A stretch of DNA of 61,352 bases, counting the filler. It is 4 parts of 4 records of this genome, joined end to end, with 100 filler letters (N's around TTAATTAATTAA, not from the genome) between each part and the next. Parts side by side here need not be neighbours in the genome. Positions count along the whole stretch, not along the records: positions 20,233 to 46,766 come from SRR31156797_12290; 3 more parts are not named here. One strand, written 5' to 3'. This document shows positions 20,233 through 29,983 of this stretch, in pieces. A program made the translations under genes and the position numbers. The notes below the pieces were generated by a model that saw only the letters and a list, made by a program, of their open reading frames with translations, made no database searches and was not told where the DNA came from. Numbering within the stretch: the stretch's first letter is position 1; every line of letters begins with the position of its first letter.

Positions 20233-20276
20233 GGGTTCTCTGGACTCTCCCAAAACCTTTTAGTATGGCTTCGCCG
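20233..20276 (+). repeat. 3' part of the dispersed hairpin repeat at contig start
   Basis: GACTCTCCCAAAACCTTTTAGTATGGCTTCGCCG matches the 3' end of the 46691 and 39791 copies. Confidence 0.75.
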
Positions 20277-20306
20277 ATTTCAGTTTATAAATTTGACTTT
20301 ACTATC

Positions 20307-20375
20307 AGGGATTCCAAAGGGGATTATCCCCTTTGACTGCCAGAGGCGAAATCACCTGACAAAAGCGCGTAGCGC
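20307..20375 (-). repeat. Inverted copy of the repeat plus GCGC-GTA-GCGC mini-hairpin
   Basis: Reverse complement of 20307-20352 is ATTTCGCCTCTGGCAGT-CAAAGGGGAT-A-ATCCCCTTTG-GAATCCCT, compared with ATTTCGCCTCCGGCGGCT at 46691. GCGCGTAGCGC lies at 20365-20375. Confidence 0.78.
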
Positions 20376-20403
20376 ATCAAAATAATGCTATCAGGAGAAA
20401 TTC

Positions 20404-20697
20404 ATGAGTGATGAAAAACTCAATTTAGAGGAAGTTGCCCGCGTGGCCAACCTTGCAAGACTTGATTTATCAGAAGAAAAAACTGAACTTTTTGCAGGAC
20501 AGCTCAATAACATCCTCACATACATGGACAAGTTGAACGAAATTGACACCAGCGAAGTGGAACCGATGTTCAGCCCGGTGGAACACACCACCAGACTGCG
20601 CAAGGATGAGATCAAGAAAGAACATACCAGAGATGAAGTTCTTTCCAATGCTCCTGATTCTGACGGTAAGTACTTTGTAGTTCCCCGCATCGTATAA
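20404..20697 (+). CDS. gatC: Asp/Glu-tRNA amidotransferase subunit C
   Basis: VANLARL, ILTYMDKLNEIDT, NAP...YFVVPRIV. Confidence 0.96.
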   Translation: MSDEKLNLEEVARVANLARLDLSEEKTELFAGQLNNILTYMDKLNEIDTSEVEPMFSPVEHTTRLRKDEIKKEHTRDEVLSNAPDSDGKYFVVPRIV

Positions 20698-20721
20698 CTT
20701 CAAGCTAATACGGATTAAAAA

Positions 20722-22185
20722 ATGTCCTCACTCATAGAAAAATCACTCACTGAAATCCACGCCATGCTCATGGCGAAAGAAGTGACCGCCACTGAAGCTG
20801 TCAAAGCCTGCCTTGAGCAGATCGCCAAAAGCGAACCTAAAACCAAGGCCCTGCTACACACCTGCAATGAGGAAGCCCTCAAACAGGCCGAAGAAATGGA
20901 CGCCACTGGCCCTGACGCATCCAAACCGCTCTGGGGTGTTCCGGTTGTCATCAAAGACGCACTAGCAACCAACGGTATCCCCACTACCGCAGGTTCCAAA
21001 ATCCTCGAAGGCTTCACCCCCTTCTACGATTCCACCGCCGTTGCCAAGCTCAAGGAAGCAGGAGCAATCATCGTAGGTAAGGCCAACATGGACGAATTTG
21101 CCATGGGTTCCACCACTGAAAACTCGGCCTACCAAACCACCACCAACCCTTGGGATTCCAGCCGCGTACCCGGCGGTTCTTCCGGTGGTTCCGGCGCAAC
21201 TGTCGCAGCCGGTCAGTGCTACGCCGCACTTGGTACCGATACCGGTGGTTCCATCCGTCTTCCCGCATCTTTCTGCGGCTGTGTCGGCGTTAAGCCTACC
21301 TACGGCCGCGTATCCCGTTACGGCATGATCGCTTACGGTTCTTCCCTCGACCAAATCGGTCCCATGACCAGAACAGTCGAAGACGCCGCCCGAGTACTGA
21401 ACGTAATCGGCGGTCATGACCAGCGCGATTCCACTTCCGCTGATCAGCCCATGGAAGATTTCGTAGCCACCCTTGAAGAACGCAAGGACCTTTCCGGCCT
21501 GACCATCGGCCTGCCTGAAGAATACTGGGGTGAAGGCCTTTCCGAAGAAGTTTCCGAAGCCTGCCGCGCAGCAATCGCTAAGGCCGAAGAACTTGGGGCC
21601 AAGACCGTTCCGGTTAAGCTTTCCATGACCGAATACGCCATTGCCACCTACTACATCATCGCAATGGCTGAAGCCAGCTCCAACCTCTCCCGTTTCGATG
21701 GCGTACGCTACGGTCACCGTACCGAAGACCCCAAAGAACTGGCAGAACTTTACACCAAATCCCGCACCGAAGCTTTCGGTGATGAGGTCCAGCGCAGAAT
21801 CATCATCGGTACCTACGTACTCTCCGCAGGTTACTACGATGCATATTACCGCAAGGCAGCTCAAATCCGCCGCCTGCTGCGCGAAGACTTCAACAAGGCC
21901 TTCGAGTCCTGCGATTTAATCGCAAGCCCCGCATGCCCCACCACAGCCTTCCCCGTAGGTGAACTGACCTCTGATCCCTTGCAGATGTACCTGCAGGATA
22001 TCTTCACCATTTCCCTCAACTTAGTGGGAATGCCCGGTATGTCCCTGCCTGTAGCATTCGGCAAGGAAACCAACATGCCCGTAGGTCTCCAGTTCATGGC
22101 TCCCGCATTTGACGAAAAAACTATGCTACAAACTGCGCACGTCCTTGAGAAGAACCTCCCGGAACTGCCCAAAGTCAAGCTCTAG
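20722..22185 (+). CDS. gatA: Asp/Glu-tRNA amidotransferase subunit A
   Basis: [47 protein letters not shown]. Confidence 0.97.
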   Translation: MSSLIEKSLTEIHAMLMAKEVTATEAVKACLEQIAKSEPKTKALLHTCNEEALKQAEEMDATGPDASKPLWGVPVVIKDALATNGIPTTAGSKILEGFTPFYDSTAVAKLKEAGAIIVGKANMDEFAMGSTTENSAYQTTTNPWDSSRVPGGSSGGSGATVAAGQCYAALGTDTGGSIRLPASFCGCVGVKPTYGRVSRYGMIAYGSSLDQIGPMTRTVEDAARVLNVIGGHDQRDSTSADQPMEDFVATLEERKDLSGLTIGLPEEYWGEGLSEEVSEACRAAIAKAEELGAKTVPVKLSMTEYAIATYYIIAMAEASSNLSRFDGVRYGHRTEDPKELAELYTKSRTEAFGDEVQRRIIIGTYVLSAGYYDAYYRKAAQIRRLLREDFNKAFESCDLIASPACPTTAFPVGELTSDPLQMYLQDIFTISLNLVGMPGMSLPVAFGKETNMPVGLQFMAPAFDEKTMLQTAHVLEKNLPELPKVKL

Positions 22186-22207
22186 CAAGTCATAAATTGA
22201 ATTAATT

Positions 22208-22242
22208 AAGCCCCGCGCTCTTATGAGTGCGGGGCCTTTTTT
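22208..22242 (+). terminator. Terminator after gatA; member of a repeated terminator family
   Basis: GCCCCGCGCTC-TTAT-GAGTGCGGGGC followed by CTTTTTT. Reverse complement is near-identical to 24735-24767. Confidence 0.85.
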
Positions 22243-22437
22243 ATGCTCAATACACATAGTTATCACGAGCATCGCTAGTATTTTTAATTAGAAAGCAGTA
22301 TTTAATTATTTTTCCTCTAAAAACTTTTCATGTCTTTTCAGTGTGTTATACAAAAAATCAAAACAAATATCAATTTAATGCAAATTTCCTTCATAGTATT
22401 GCTTGACTTTATCCAAAGAATAGTGGAGTTTCTCTTC

Positions 22438-22552
22438 ATCAAACACCAGCCGTACCCGTGAAGGCACGGTCAGACTGTGACTAGCGCTGGTTTAAATTGA
22501 ACATGTCTATCGAGGAGCCGAGTACGCATCTTGTACGCGGCCCTTTTTTTTT
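22438..22552 (+). ncRNA. Candidate structured leader or sRNA with intrinsic terminator upstream of the RRM gene
   Basis: ACCAGC (22445) / GCTGGT (22486) closing stem enclosing two hairpins; GCCG-A-GTAC..GTAC-G-CGGC hairpin followed by T9; TTGACT upstream at 22403. Confidence 0.5.
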
Positions 22553-22600
22553 GGTGCACGGGCACTAATATACTTTTTTACTTTTTTTGGAGAATTTAGA

Positions 22601-22864
22601 ATGTCTAAGAATATCTATGTTGGTAACCTGCCTTGGTCCGCTACTGAAGAAGATGTACGTGCTTCCTTTGAAGCTTACGGTGAAGTTGTTTCCGTTAAAC
22701 TCATCGAAGATCGTGAAACCGGTCGCCCCCGTGGTTTCGGTTTCGTAGAAATGGACGACAACGGCGCTATGGATGCTATCGAAGCTCTCGACGGTAAAGA
22801 TTTCGGCGGTCGTAACCTCAAGGTTAACGAAGCCAAGCCCAGAGCAGAACGCCCCCGTTGGTAG
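22601..22864 (+). CDS. Single-domain RRM RNA-binding protein
   Basis: RNP2 IYVGNL, RNP1 RGFGFVEM. Confidence 0.96.
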   Translation: MSKNIYVGNLPWSATEEDVRASFEAYGEVVSVKLIEDRETGRPRGFGFVEMDDNGAMDAIEALDGKDFGGRNLKVNEAKPRAERPRW

Positions 22865-22894
22865 TCTGTTTCTGTAAGTCTTAAAAGACTTTTT

Positions 22895-22931
22895 AACGCC
22901 CGGTTCTCTTATGAGAATCGGGCGTTTTTTA
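22895..22931 (+). terminator. Terminator after the RRM gene
   Basis: AACGCCCGGTTCTC-TTAT-GAGAATCGGGCGTT followed by a T tract. Confidence 0.85.
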
Positions 22932-23004
22932 TGGTGGATTAAACGTAACCTTATAAGATATAAGAACACCACTTGCTGAAATTCGTCATTTAAAAGAGGT
23001 ACAC

Positions 23005-24726
23005 ATGGGCTGCTGCGTTGGGGCTGAGCATAATAATTGGTGTGAAGATTACGACATCGTTTATATTGATGCTGAGGGGAAAGAGTATTGTATTTTTCAT
23101 GCTCCTGCGGATTGTAAGTTTAATGGTAAATACAATGAAAGGCTAGGTGGAGCCAAACCAGCTTTGATGGATGCTGAGCAGTTTAATAGGTTGGTTTTTG
23201 ATCGGATTGATGGGGTTATTGAGGCTGGGGAAGATGAGGAGCGGGATGAATTTGACATTGCTCGTGCCATAGAAGGAGGCTGGAACCCTAGATGCAATTT
23301 CACAGGCACTATTTTCCCTCATGCCATTTCATTTTCAAAATACAATGAACAGAACGATAAATATTTACCCCCAATTAATTTTAAAAGTTCACTGTTCCGC
23401 GAAGGCGCTTCTTTCAAAAACATACAGTTCCTCAGGAATGCTAATTTCGAGGAAATGACGTTTGAAAAGCAATCTGATTTTAACAATGCTCTATTTAAAA
23501 TAAATACATGCTTCAGAGGAAGCATTTTCAAAGAAGCCACTTTTTTCATTGAAACCAAATTTTATGGTAATGCAGACTTTAGAAACACACATTATGCTGA
23601 ATCAAATTTTTCAAATTGCACTTTCTTTAAAGGTGTCGAGTTCAATTATTCGGAATTCAAGAAAACAATCCATTTCAAAAACGTTACAATAAATCACCAA
23701 GCAATATTTAATTATGCAGTTTTTTTGGGAAACGCAATTTTCATCGACACAAACTTTAACTGCAAAACCTATTTTATCGGAACCACATTTTCAAATAGCA
23801 AAAATAAGCCAGCTTTCATACGAAGCTCGTTCAATGACTATGCGAACTTCGAACAAACAAAATTTAGTGGTGGCGTTAATTTCAAATTAGCATTTTTCAA
23901 TGAATGGTCATACTTTCGCAATGCTGAATTATCTAAAGAAACAACCTTCGCCGGAACAATATCAAAAGAGACCATCTTAATGGAATCCACGGACTTATCA
24001 AACCTTAGATTCGCAGAGACCAATATAGAATCTTTCAAATTCATCAACTGTAAATGGGGTGAAGAAAGATTCGCTCCTATCTATGATGAAGAATATCAAG
24101 AAAATACGAATTGTACCGACACCACCCTAGCCGAAATATACCGCCGCCTAAAGAGAATTGCCCGCGAAAGTGCAGACGAAGAACAGACTTCACATTGGCA
24201 CTATCGAGAAAAAGAGATGACTCGCAAAAGCCTTTCGTGCATTCCCCTCGCACCAGTCTTGCGCATGCTCATTCTAGCTATTAGCGCTCTTTGTCTAACC
24301 GGCTGGATTCTAAAAAACACGCACCCGTCTTTGCTAAATGTAGGAATATATTTCTCTGTACTCATCATAACTGTATTTATCATTTTTTATTATAAAAAAA
24401 AAATATCAGACATCAACAAAGTCGCTTCAAAACTTTACCTGAACACCTACAAACTCATAAGCGGCTACGGCGAAGACCCAATCCAGGCTGGTACAATTCT
24501 ATTCAGCCTCGTTTCTCTCCCTATTATTATTCAATTCATATTAAGTTTAACACCATTGGGTAACAAAGAATGGCTCACAATTGCCCTCTGGTACATGCCC
24601 CTAATCAAAATCGAAATCTACAACTCCCAAGGCTACCACTACCTCCTAAAAGGCATCTCAGTAACCTTGATAACCCTCCAAGCAGCCCTCTTCGGTTTCG
24701 CCCTGCGAAACAAGCTACGCCGCTAA
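23005..24726 (+). CDS. Pentapeptide-repeat membrane protein
   Basis: N-terminal CC..C..CIFH motif, many AxFxxxxF repeats, YRRLK..HYRE segment, C-terminal TM helices with SGYGEDP. AT-rich core. Confidence 0.85.
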   Translation: MGCCVGAEHNNWCEDYDIVYIDAEGKEYCIFHAPADCKFNGKYNERLGGAKPALMDAEQFNRLVFDRIDGVIEAGEDEERDEFDIARAIEGGWNPRCNFTGTIFPHAISFSKYNEQNDKYLPPINFKSSLFREGASFKNIQFLRNANFEEMTFEKQSDFNNALFKINTCFRGSIFKEATFFIETKFYGNADFRNTHYAESNFSNCTFFKGVEFNYSEFKKTIHFKNVTINHQAIFNYAVFLGNAIFIDTNFNCKTYFIGTTFSNSKNKPAFIRSSFNDYANFEQTKFSGGVNFKLAFFNEWSYFRNAELSKETTFAGTISKETILMESTDLSNLRFAETNIESFKFINCKWGEERFAPIYDEEYQENTNCTDTTLAEIYRRLKRIARESADEEQTSHWHYREKEMTRKSLSCIPLAPVLRMLILAISALCLTGWILKNTHPSLLNVGIYFSVLIITVFIIFYYKKKISDINKVASKLYLNTYKLISGYGEDPIQAGTILFSLVSLPIIIQFILSLTPLGNKEWLTIALWYMPLIKIEIYNSQGYHYLLKGISVTLITLQAALFGFALRNKLRR

Positions 24727-24780
24727 CAGAACGCAAAAAGCCCCGCACTCATCAGAGCGCGGGGCTTTTCACTATCTCAT
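24723..24780 (+). repeat. Terminator-like direct repeat, copy 1
   Basis: CTAACAGAACGCAAAAAGCCCCGCACTCATCAGAGCGCGGGGCTTTTCACTATCTCAT. Confidence 0.85.
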
Positions 24781-24798
24781 AAATCCATTCTACATCCA

Positions 24799-25992
24799 TC
24801 AACCCAACTCAATCTCCATGCCCCCCATGACCTCCTCTAGCACGGCAATAAAGTTGTAAATATTTTCCACACCGATAGTTAGCGCAGGATGCATCCGTAA
24901 AGCATTGGAACCAAGACGATGATCGACGATAAATCCCCGCAAAAGCAATCGTCTGTGCAGTTCAGCCACTTTTGAAGCATCTATGTGGTCTGCCATAACC
25001 AAAATAGCCATGAGTCCCCTGCCGCGTGCACATTCTATCAATTGTGAACCGGCGGCGACTCTCAGCAAACCATCCATAAGAACATCAGAAAGCACTTCTG
25101 CATGCTGAATCAGGTTATTCTCAAAAATCTCACCGATCACAGCTTCCACTACGGCAGCACCCAAGGGATCATTAAGATGAGATTGCCCATAGGCAATAGC
25201 ATCAGGGCCAAGCAAATCAACAACGCGGCTGTTAAGGGATACAGCACTTACGGGATAGCCATTACCGATACCTTTGCCCATGGCAACAATGTCCGGCTGT
25301 ATCTCATAATGCTGGAAACCGAACCATTTTCCTGTTCTGCCTACGCCGGTGGTGACTTCATTAACCATCACCAATCCATCAGCAGCAACGACATCTTCAA
25401 CTATGCTGTTGATCAATTTAGAAGGCGGAAAACGCACCATCCCGGACGAACTTCCGGGTTCGAAAAGAAAAGCACCAACTTCATCAAAGGGAATTCCGGA
25501 ATACACAGGACATTCCTTCGAACACTTATCCTGATCACAATTTCCACAACTATCCCAATCGAAGAGAAACCATTTATCAGAGTCTTTTACAGACGCATCA
25601 CCATAAGCACCGAAATATGAATCTGACATGGTCATAATCCGCTTCGACTTCAGCAACGAGCGCAGCGCACGGACCCCATACTCGACAGATTCGCTCCCGG
25701 AGCAAAGAAATGAACACCTTCCTCCAGTATGATCAAGGAGATCAAGGACTGTCCCGGCAGCACGCTCAACAACGTCTGAACTGTAGCAAAATCCAACATG
25801 AGAGATACAATCCATCTGTGCCATAACAGCAGCTCTCACTGCTGCATTTGCATGCCCAATGCTTGTGCACCAAACACCTGCTTCCAAATCAATGTACTGG
25901 TTGCCATCAACATCAATAAGAGTGCAGTTTTGTGATTTTACAATATCTGGCACCAACAACTCACGGCCGGGAAAGGCGAAAGTATTATTCAT
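24799..25992 (-). CDS. Class III PLP aminotransferase
   Basis: YIDLEAGVW..GH, CSGSESVE, FEPG, NEVTTGVGRTG, PDIVAMGKGIGNGYP, RGRGLM. Confidence 0.92.
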   Translation of the reverse strand: MNNTFAFPGRELLVPDIVKSQNCTLIDVDGNQYIDLEAGVWCTSIGHANAAVRAAVMAQMDCISHVGFCYSSDVVERAAGTVLDLLDHTGGRCSFLCSGSESVEYGVRALRSLLKSKRIMTMSDSYFGAYGDASVKDSDKWFLFDWDSCGNCDQDKCSKECPVYSGIPFDEVGAFLFEPGSSSGMVRFPPSKLINSIVEDVVAADGLVMVNEVTTGVGRTGKWFGFQHYEIQPDIVAMGKGIGNGYPVSAVSLNSRVVDLLGPDAIAYGQSHLNDPLGAAVVEAVIGEIFENNLIQHAEVLSDVLMDGLLRVAAGSQLIECARGRGLMAILVMADHIDASKVAELHRRLLLRGFIVDHRLGSNALRMHPALTIGVENIYNFIAVLEEVMGGMEIELG

Positions 25993-26098
25993 CCAAAGGC
26001 CTCTCTTATTTTATATCTAACCAACAAACCATTAGCTTGATTTAAATTTACTATCAACAACTATTCGCATGATTCATTTTTGAGACTCCAACCAGCTA

Positions 26099-26154
26099 CT
26101 AACAGAACGCAAAAAAACCCGCACTCATTCGAGCACGGGGCTTTCAACTTTCAT
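26099..26154 (+). repeat. Terminator-like direct repeat, copy 2
   Basis: CTAACAGAACGCAAAAAAACCCGCACTCATTCGAGCACGGGGCTTTCAACTTTCAT. Confidence 0.85.
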
Positions 26155-26166
26155 ATCAAACAGAAA

Positions 26167-26373
26167 CTACTTAACTTCACCAGCCTCAAAACCGATCTTG
26201 GTGATGGTTTCCTTGACCTTGGTTTCATCTACCGGGGTAGTTTCTTCATAAGTTGCCCATGAATCTTCAAGGCTGACTGATAAATCAGTAACGCCTTCAA
26301 TACTGCTGAGAGCCTTCTCAACGGATCTCACGCAGTGCATGCAACTCATACCTTTTACTTCTACTTTTTTCAT
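26167..26373 (-). CDS. CopZ-like heavy-metal chaperone (HMA)
   Basis: GMSCMHC motif, 68 aa; start set at ATG 26373. Confidence 0.9.
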   Translation of the reverse strand: MKKVEVKGMSCMHCVRSVEKALSSIEGVTDLSVSLEDSWATYEETTPVDETKVKETITKIGFEAGEVK

Positions 26374-26479
26374 GATCAATCTCCTTTATTCATTGTGAAT
26401 ATTAGAATTCTTAGAATGGCAAACTCCCGCCTACCAATTGAAAATGAATATCATGTCGATATAGACGCAGCAAGTCTTG

Positions 26480-27208
26480 TTAGTTATTATCAATCCACTC
26501 GATGGCTTCAGCAAAATTAAGAGTTCCGGTATAGATTGCCTGACCGGAAACAGCACCTTCAAGGCCTTTGGATACCAGCGGCTGGAGGTTGATAACATCC
26601 TCAAGGGTTGCAACACCGCCTGCTGCGATAACCGGCAGCTTGGTCTTGGCGCAAAGATCAGCCATGGCATTCACGTTTACACCAGTCTGCATGCCATCGC
26701 GGCTGATATCGGTGTAGATGATGAATGCGGCCCCGGCAGCTTCGATGCGTGGGATTATGTCAAAGATGGAGATGCCTGCATCTTCAACCCAACCGCGTGA
26801 CTTAAGCTGTCCGTTAACGGCATCAAGGGATACCCCGATCTGGCCGGGGAACTTAGCGCAGAGCTTAGCGAAAGTTTCCTCGTCCTCAAGGGCCATGGTA
26901 CCGATGATCAGACGTCTTACGCCTGCTTCAATGTACTTGGATGCAGTTTCGATATCACGAATACCGCCACCGAGCTGAACCGGGATGCTAAGCTGACTGC
27001 AAATATCCTTGATAAGGTCAAAGTTTTTGGGCATTCCACTGAATGCGCCGTCAAGATCAACTACGTGTAGATATCTTGCGCCCTGGTTTTCCCAGTACTT
27101 TGCCTGGGCAACGGGATCACTGGAAAATACGGTAACAGCGTCAGCCTGTCCCTGTGAGAGGCGTACGCATACGCCGTCCTTGATATCTACAGCGGGGAAA
27201 ACGATCAT
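26480..27208 (-). CDS. hisA: ProFAR isomerase
   Basis: [35 protein letters not shown]. Confidence 0.96.
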   Translation of the reverse strand: MIVFPAVDIKDGVCVRLSQGQADAVTVFSSDPVAQAKYWENQGARYLHVVDLDGAFSGMPKNFDLIKDICSQLSIPVQLGGGIRDIETASKYIEAGVRRLIIGTMALEDEETFAKLCAKFPGQIGVSLDAVNGQLKSRGWVEDAGISIFDIIPRIEAAGAAFIIYTDISRDGMQTGVNVNAMADLCAKTKLPVIAAGGVATLEDVINLQPLVSKGLEGAVSGQAIYTGTLNFAEAIEWIDNN

Positions 27209-27861
27209 AAACCAAGCTCCATAAGTCCTGTCTCAAGAGCTTCATCAGCGAGTTGCATTGCGGTAACCCATTTGCCGCCGCGTTTGAAGAAAGTACCGGC
27301 TTCCAGCACGTTCTCAGTCAGAGGCTGCTGGGTTTCGTCGTAATGAAATCTTCTGATGATGCGCCTGTTGTTAACATCAATAAGATACAGATCAATAATT
27401 ACAGATGCGGGCTGGATGTTGAAATCAGCCTTCTGCATACCGCGCAGGTCCTGCCAGAAAAGAATCTGGGGAACCAGAATGTAGTCGGCACTCATACACT
27501 GACCGACCTTCACCCAATAAGCAAAAGCGGCTTCGCGGCGGCCGCCCAAATTTTCAAAAACTTCGATTTCCTGACACTGGCGGGTAATTGCCGGACGAGC
27601 AAAAGCAGTTACACCATGCTTGGAAAGCACTCCAACCATCTTGGCATCAAGCTGCTGCAGGATGTCTTTATTGATGGGCTTACCTTCCTGCGGCAAATAG
27701 CCAGCCAGCAATTCCCAATTGAACACAGGGTTGGTAAACCCGGCTACGGCAATTTTTCCGCTTGGGCGCGGGAGTTTGACTAAATCGCTCTTGGAGGCAC
27801 ACCCACTGAGGGCGCCAAGGGCAAAAACACAGAGAATAAGTAGAGGGAAAAGCCGTTTCAT
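27205..27861 (-). CDS. Conserved hypothetical lipoprotein
   Basis: Lipobox LSGC; overlaps hisB and hisA at its ends. Confidence 0.8.
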   Translation of the reverse strand: MKRLFPLLILCVFALGALSGCASKSDLVKLPRPSGKIAVAGFTNPVFNWELLAGYLPQEGKPINKDILQQLDAKMVGVLSKHGVTAFARPAITRQCQEIEVFENLGGRREAAFAYWVKVGQCMSADYILVPQILFWQDLRGMQKADFNIQPASVIIDLYLIDVNNRRIIRRFHYDETQQPLTENVLEAGTFFKRGGKWVTAMQLADEALETGLMELGL

Positions 27862-28454
27862 TAATCGAGACTCCCTTTTGTACTGGAAACACCTTGTCTT
27901 TCAACGGACAGGGCATTGCGGAAAGCAAGGCCCAAAGCCTTGAACGCACCTTCGAGCAGGTGGTGACCGTTGCGTCCGTATTCAAACTTGATGTGCAGGT
28001 TCATACCGGCCTTGAAAGCCAGCGACTTGAAAAATTCACGCCAGACATCCCTTTCATCCCCGGCAATAATCGGGGGCAGGATGTCATCATCATACACAAG
28101 ATAGGCCCGTCCTGAAAGGTCAATTACAACCTCTACGAGCGCTTCATCCATGGGCACCTTGGCAAAACCGATGCGATTGATGCCCTTCTTGTCGCCCATG
28201 GCTTCGGACAGAGCCTGCCCGAGAACGAGCGCGATGTCTTCAAGAGTATGGTGCGAATCAATTTCGAGGTCGCCTTTACATTTGAGATCAAGATCAAACC
28301 CGGCCCAAAAGCTCATCAGGGTCAGCATGTGGTCTGCAAACCCAACTCCGGTATCGATATTTGTACTACCCTCACCATCGATATTAAGCTTGAGGGAAAT
28401 ATCGGTTTCCTTAGTGGTACGAGTAATTGATGCGGATCTCTGTGACAAAACCAA
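27861..28454 (-). CDS. hisB: Imidazoleglycerol-phosphate dehydratase
   Basis: RTTKET, DHML, HHTLED, PMDEAL, NGHHLLE. Confidence 0.96.
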   Translation of the reverse strand: MVLSQRSASITRTTKETDISLKLNIDGEGSTNIDTGVGFADHMLTLMSFWAGFDLDLKCKGDLEIDSHHTLEDIALVLGQALSEAMGDKKGINRIGFAKVPMDEALVEVVIDLSGRAYLVYDDDILPPIIAGDERDVWREFFKSLAFKAGMNLHIKFEYGRNGHHLLEGAFKALGLAFRNALSVERQGVSSTKGSLD

Positions 28455-28484
28455 CCTCTCTTATAGTGCGGCCTATTGCGGCCA

Positions 28485-29648
28485 TTACATTTCAATTAAA
28501 TCTTCATCGTAGCCTGAATCATTCGCTTTGGATTTCTTTTTCTTTTCAGCGTCAGATTCTTCTGCTGCGGGCTTTTCTTCTGCCGGGGATTCAGCTTCTG
28601 CTTCAGGGGAACTGTCTTCAGCAGCTTCAGCAGAGCTTCCACCTTCAGGACCGGAATCATCCGGGCCGTCATTTTCCGGCTGAGCATTCTTCAACTTCCT
28701 GCCACCACGCTTACCGAAAAAGTAAGCCACCCAAATACCGATCTCGTAAAGAATAATCAGCGGTCCGGCCATCAGAGTCTGAGTCATAACGTCCGGCGGA
28801 GTCAGAATTGCAGAGCAAATAAAACAGACCAGAATGGCGTACTTGCGCTTACTGCGCAGACCTTCGGCAGTGACCACCCCCAGTCTGGCAAGAAAAAAGA
28901 TAAATAGCGGCAGCTCAAAAATAATACCGAATGCAAACAGCAGTTTAAGCGAAAACCCCAAGTATTCCCGTAAAGTGGGCATAGGTTTGATAAATTCATC
29001 GGCAAAGCCCATGAAGAATTCACAACCGAAGGGGAAGACCACGTAATACCCGAACAAAGCTCCACCCACAAAGAAAAATGCGGAAAGGAAGGCCAACGGG
29101 ATCATCCACTTGCGCTCATGCTCATAGAGTCCGGGCGCAATAAAGCCCCAGACCTGGGCAAAAATATAGGGAGATACAGCAAAAATCCCCGCCACAAAAG
29201 CGACCTTAAGATAAGTGACGAAACCTTCGGGCAGGGAAGTAAAAATAAGAGTAGAATCAGGCGGTAAAACCGCAACCAGCGGCGCCATGAGCATTGAAAA
29301 AAGCGGCTTGGCAAAAGAATAGCAAGCCAGAAAACCGACACCGCAGGCAATGAAAATCCTGACAAACCGACGACGCAGTTCTTCCAGATGCTCAAGAAAA
29401 GTCATGGGAGCTTCTTCTTCATCCAGCTCCTCGTCTTCCTCTTCCGCATCATCATCTACGTCTGAATCGTCTCCAGACACTGCAAGTTCGTCCGCATCCT
29501 TTTCAGCAGGCAGCCCGGATTCGGATTCTGTGCTTTCGACGGTTTCCTCTTCGGGATTCGGAGATTCCGCGGCAGTCTCTTCAGACTGCTTTTCTTCTTC
29601 AGGACTCTCCTGCCCTACTTCACGCGAATCTTTCTCCGCTGAACTCAT
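28485..29648 (-). CDS. tatC: TatC with acidic N- and C-terminal extensions
   Basis: FLEHLEELRRR, WGFIAPGLY, FELP, ILTPPD, LYE. Confidence 0.96.
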   Translation of the reverse strand: MSSAEKDSREVGQESPEEEKQSEETAAESPNPEEETVESTESESGLPAEKDADELAVSGDDSDVDDDAEEEDEELDEEEAPMTFLEHLEELRRRFVRIFIACGVGFLACYSFAKPLFSMLMAPLVAVLPPDSTLIFTSLPEGFVTYLKVAFVAGIFAVSPYIFAQVWGFIAPGLYEHERKWMIPLAFLSAFFFVGGALFGYYVVFPFGCEFFMGFADEFIKPMPTLREYLGFSLKLLFAFGIIFELPLFIFFLARLGVVTAEGLRSKRKYAILVCFICSAILTPPDVMTQTLMAGPLIILYEIGIWVAYFFGKRGGRKLKNAQPENDGPDDSGPEGGSSAEAAEDSSPEAEAESPAEEKPAAEESDAEKKKKSKANDSGYDEDLIEM

Positions 29649-29983
29649 GCTTTCTCGCTCTCGGTCTTAGGTGCTTCAGCAACTTTTTCAGTCTCATCAG
29701 CGGTTTGCTGTTTTTCAGCTTCAGCCTGACGTGCTTTTTCCATGGCTTCTGCTTCAGCTTTTTTGCGTGCAGCCTCGCGTTCAACCTCTTCCTTCTGCGT
29801 CCTTTCTTCGTCAGCAGCAGAAATTTCAGCATCCAGAGTGTTTTTTACATCATTGGACATTTTCTTCACTTCGGAAAGGCCTTTACCAAGATTCTTGATA
29901 AGTTCCGGGAGCTTCTGGGGTCCGATGAGAATAAGGGCTACAACCAAAATTACGATAAGTTCTGTAGAACCGATACCGAACAT
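29645..29983 (-). CDS. tatB: TatA/B family subunit (TatB-like)
   Basis: MFGIGSTELIVILVVALILIGPQKLPE; start set at ATG 29983 after GAAGGA. Confidence 0.88.
   Translation of the reverse strand: MFGIGSTELIVILVVALILIGPQKLPELIKNLGKGLSEVKKMSNDVKNTLDAEISAADEERTQKEEVEREAARKKAEAEAMEKARQAEAEKQQTADETEKVAEAPKTESEKA

Noticed and set aside
20404-22185. gatCA without adjacent gatB
   Set aside because: Split gat loci are common; gatB is presumably elsewhere in the genome.
22465-22500. CTGTGAC as a tRNA-His anticodon loop
   Set aside because: Flanks do not pair as an anticodon stem; no T-loop or acceptor stem.
24723-26154. Direct repeats as integron attC sites
   Set aside because: No RYYYAAC...GTTRRRY core pair and no integrase nearby; they look like intrinsic terminators.
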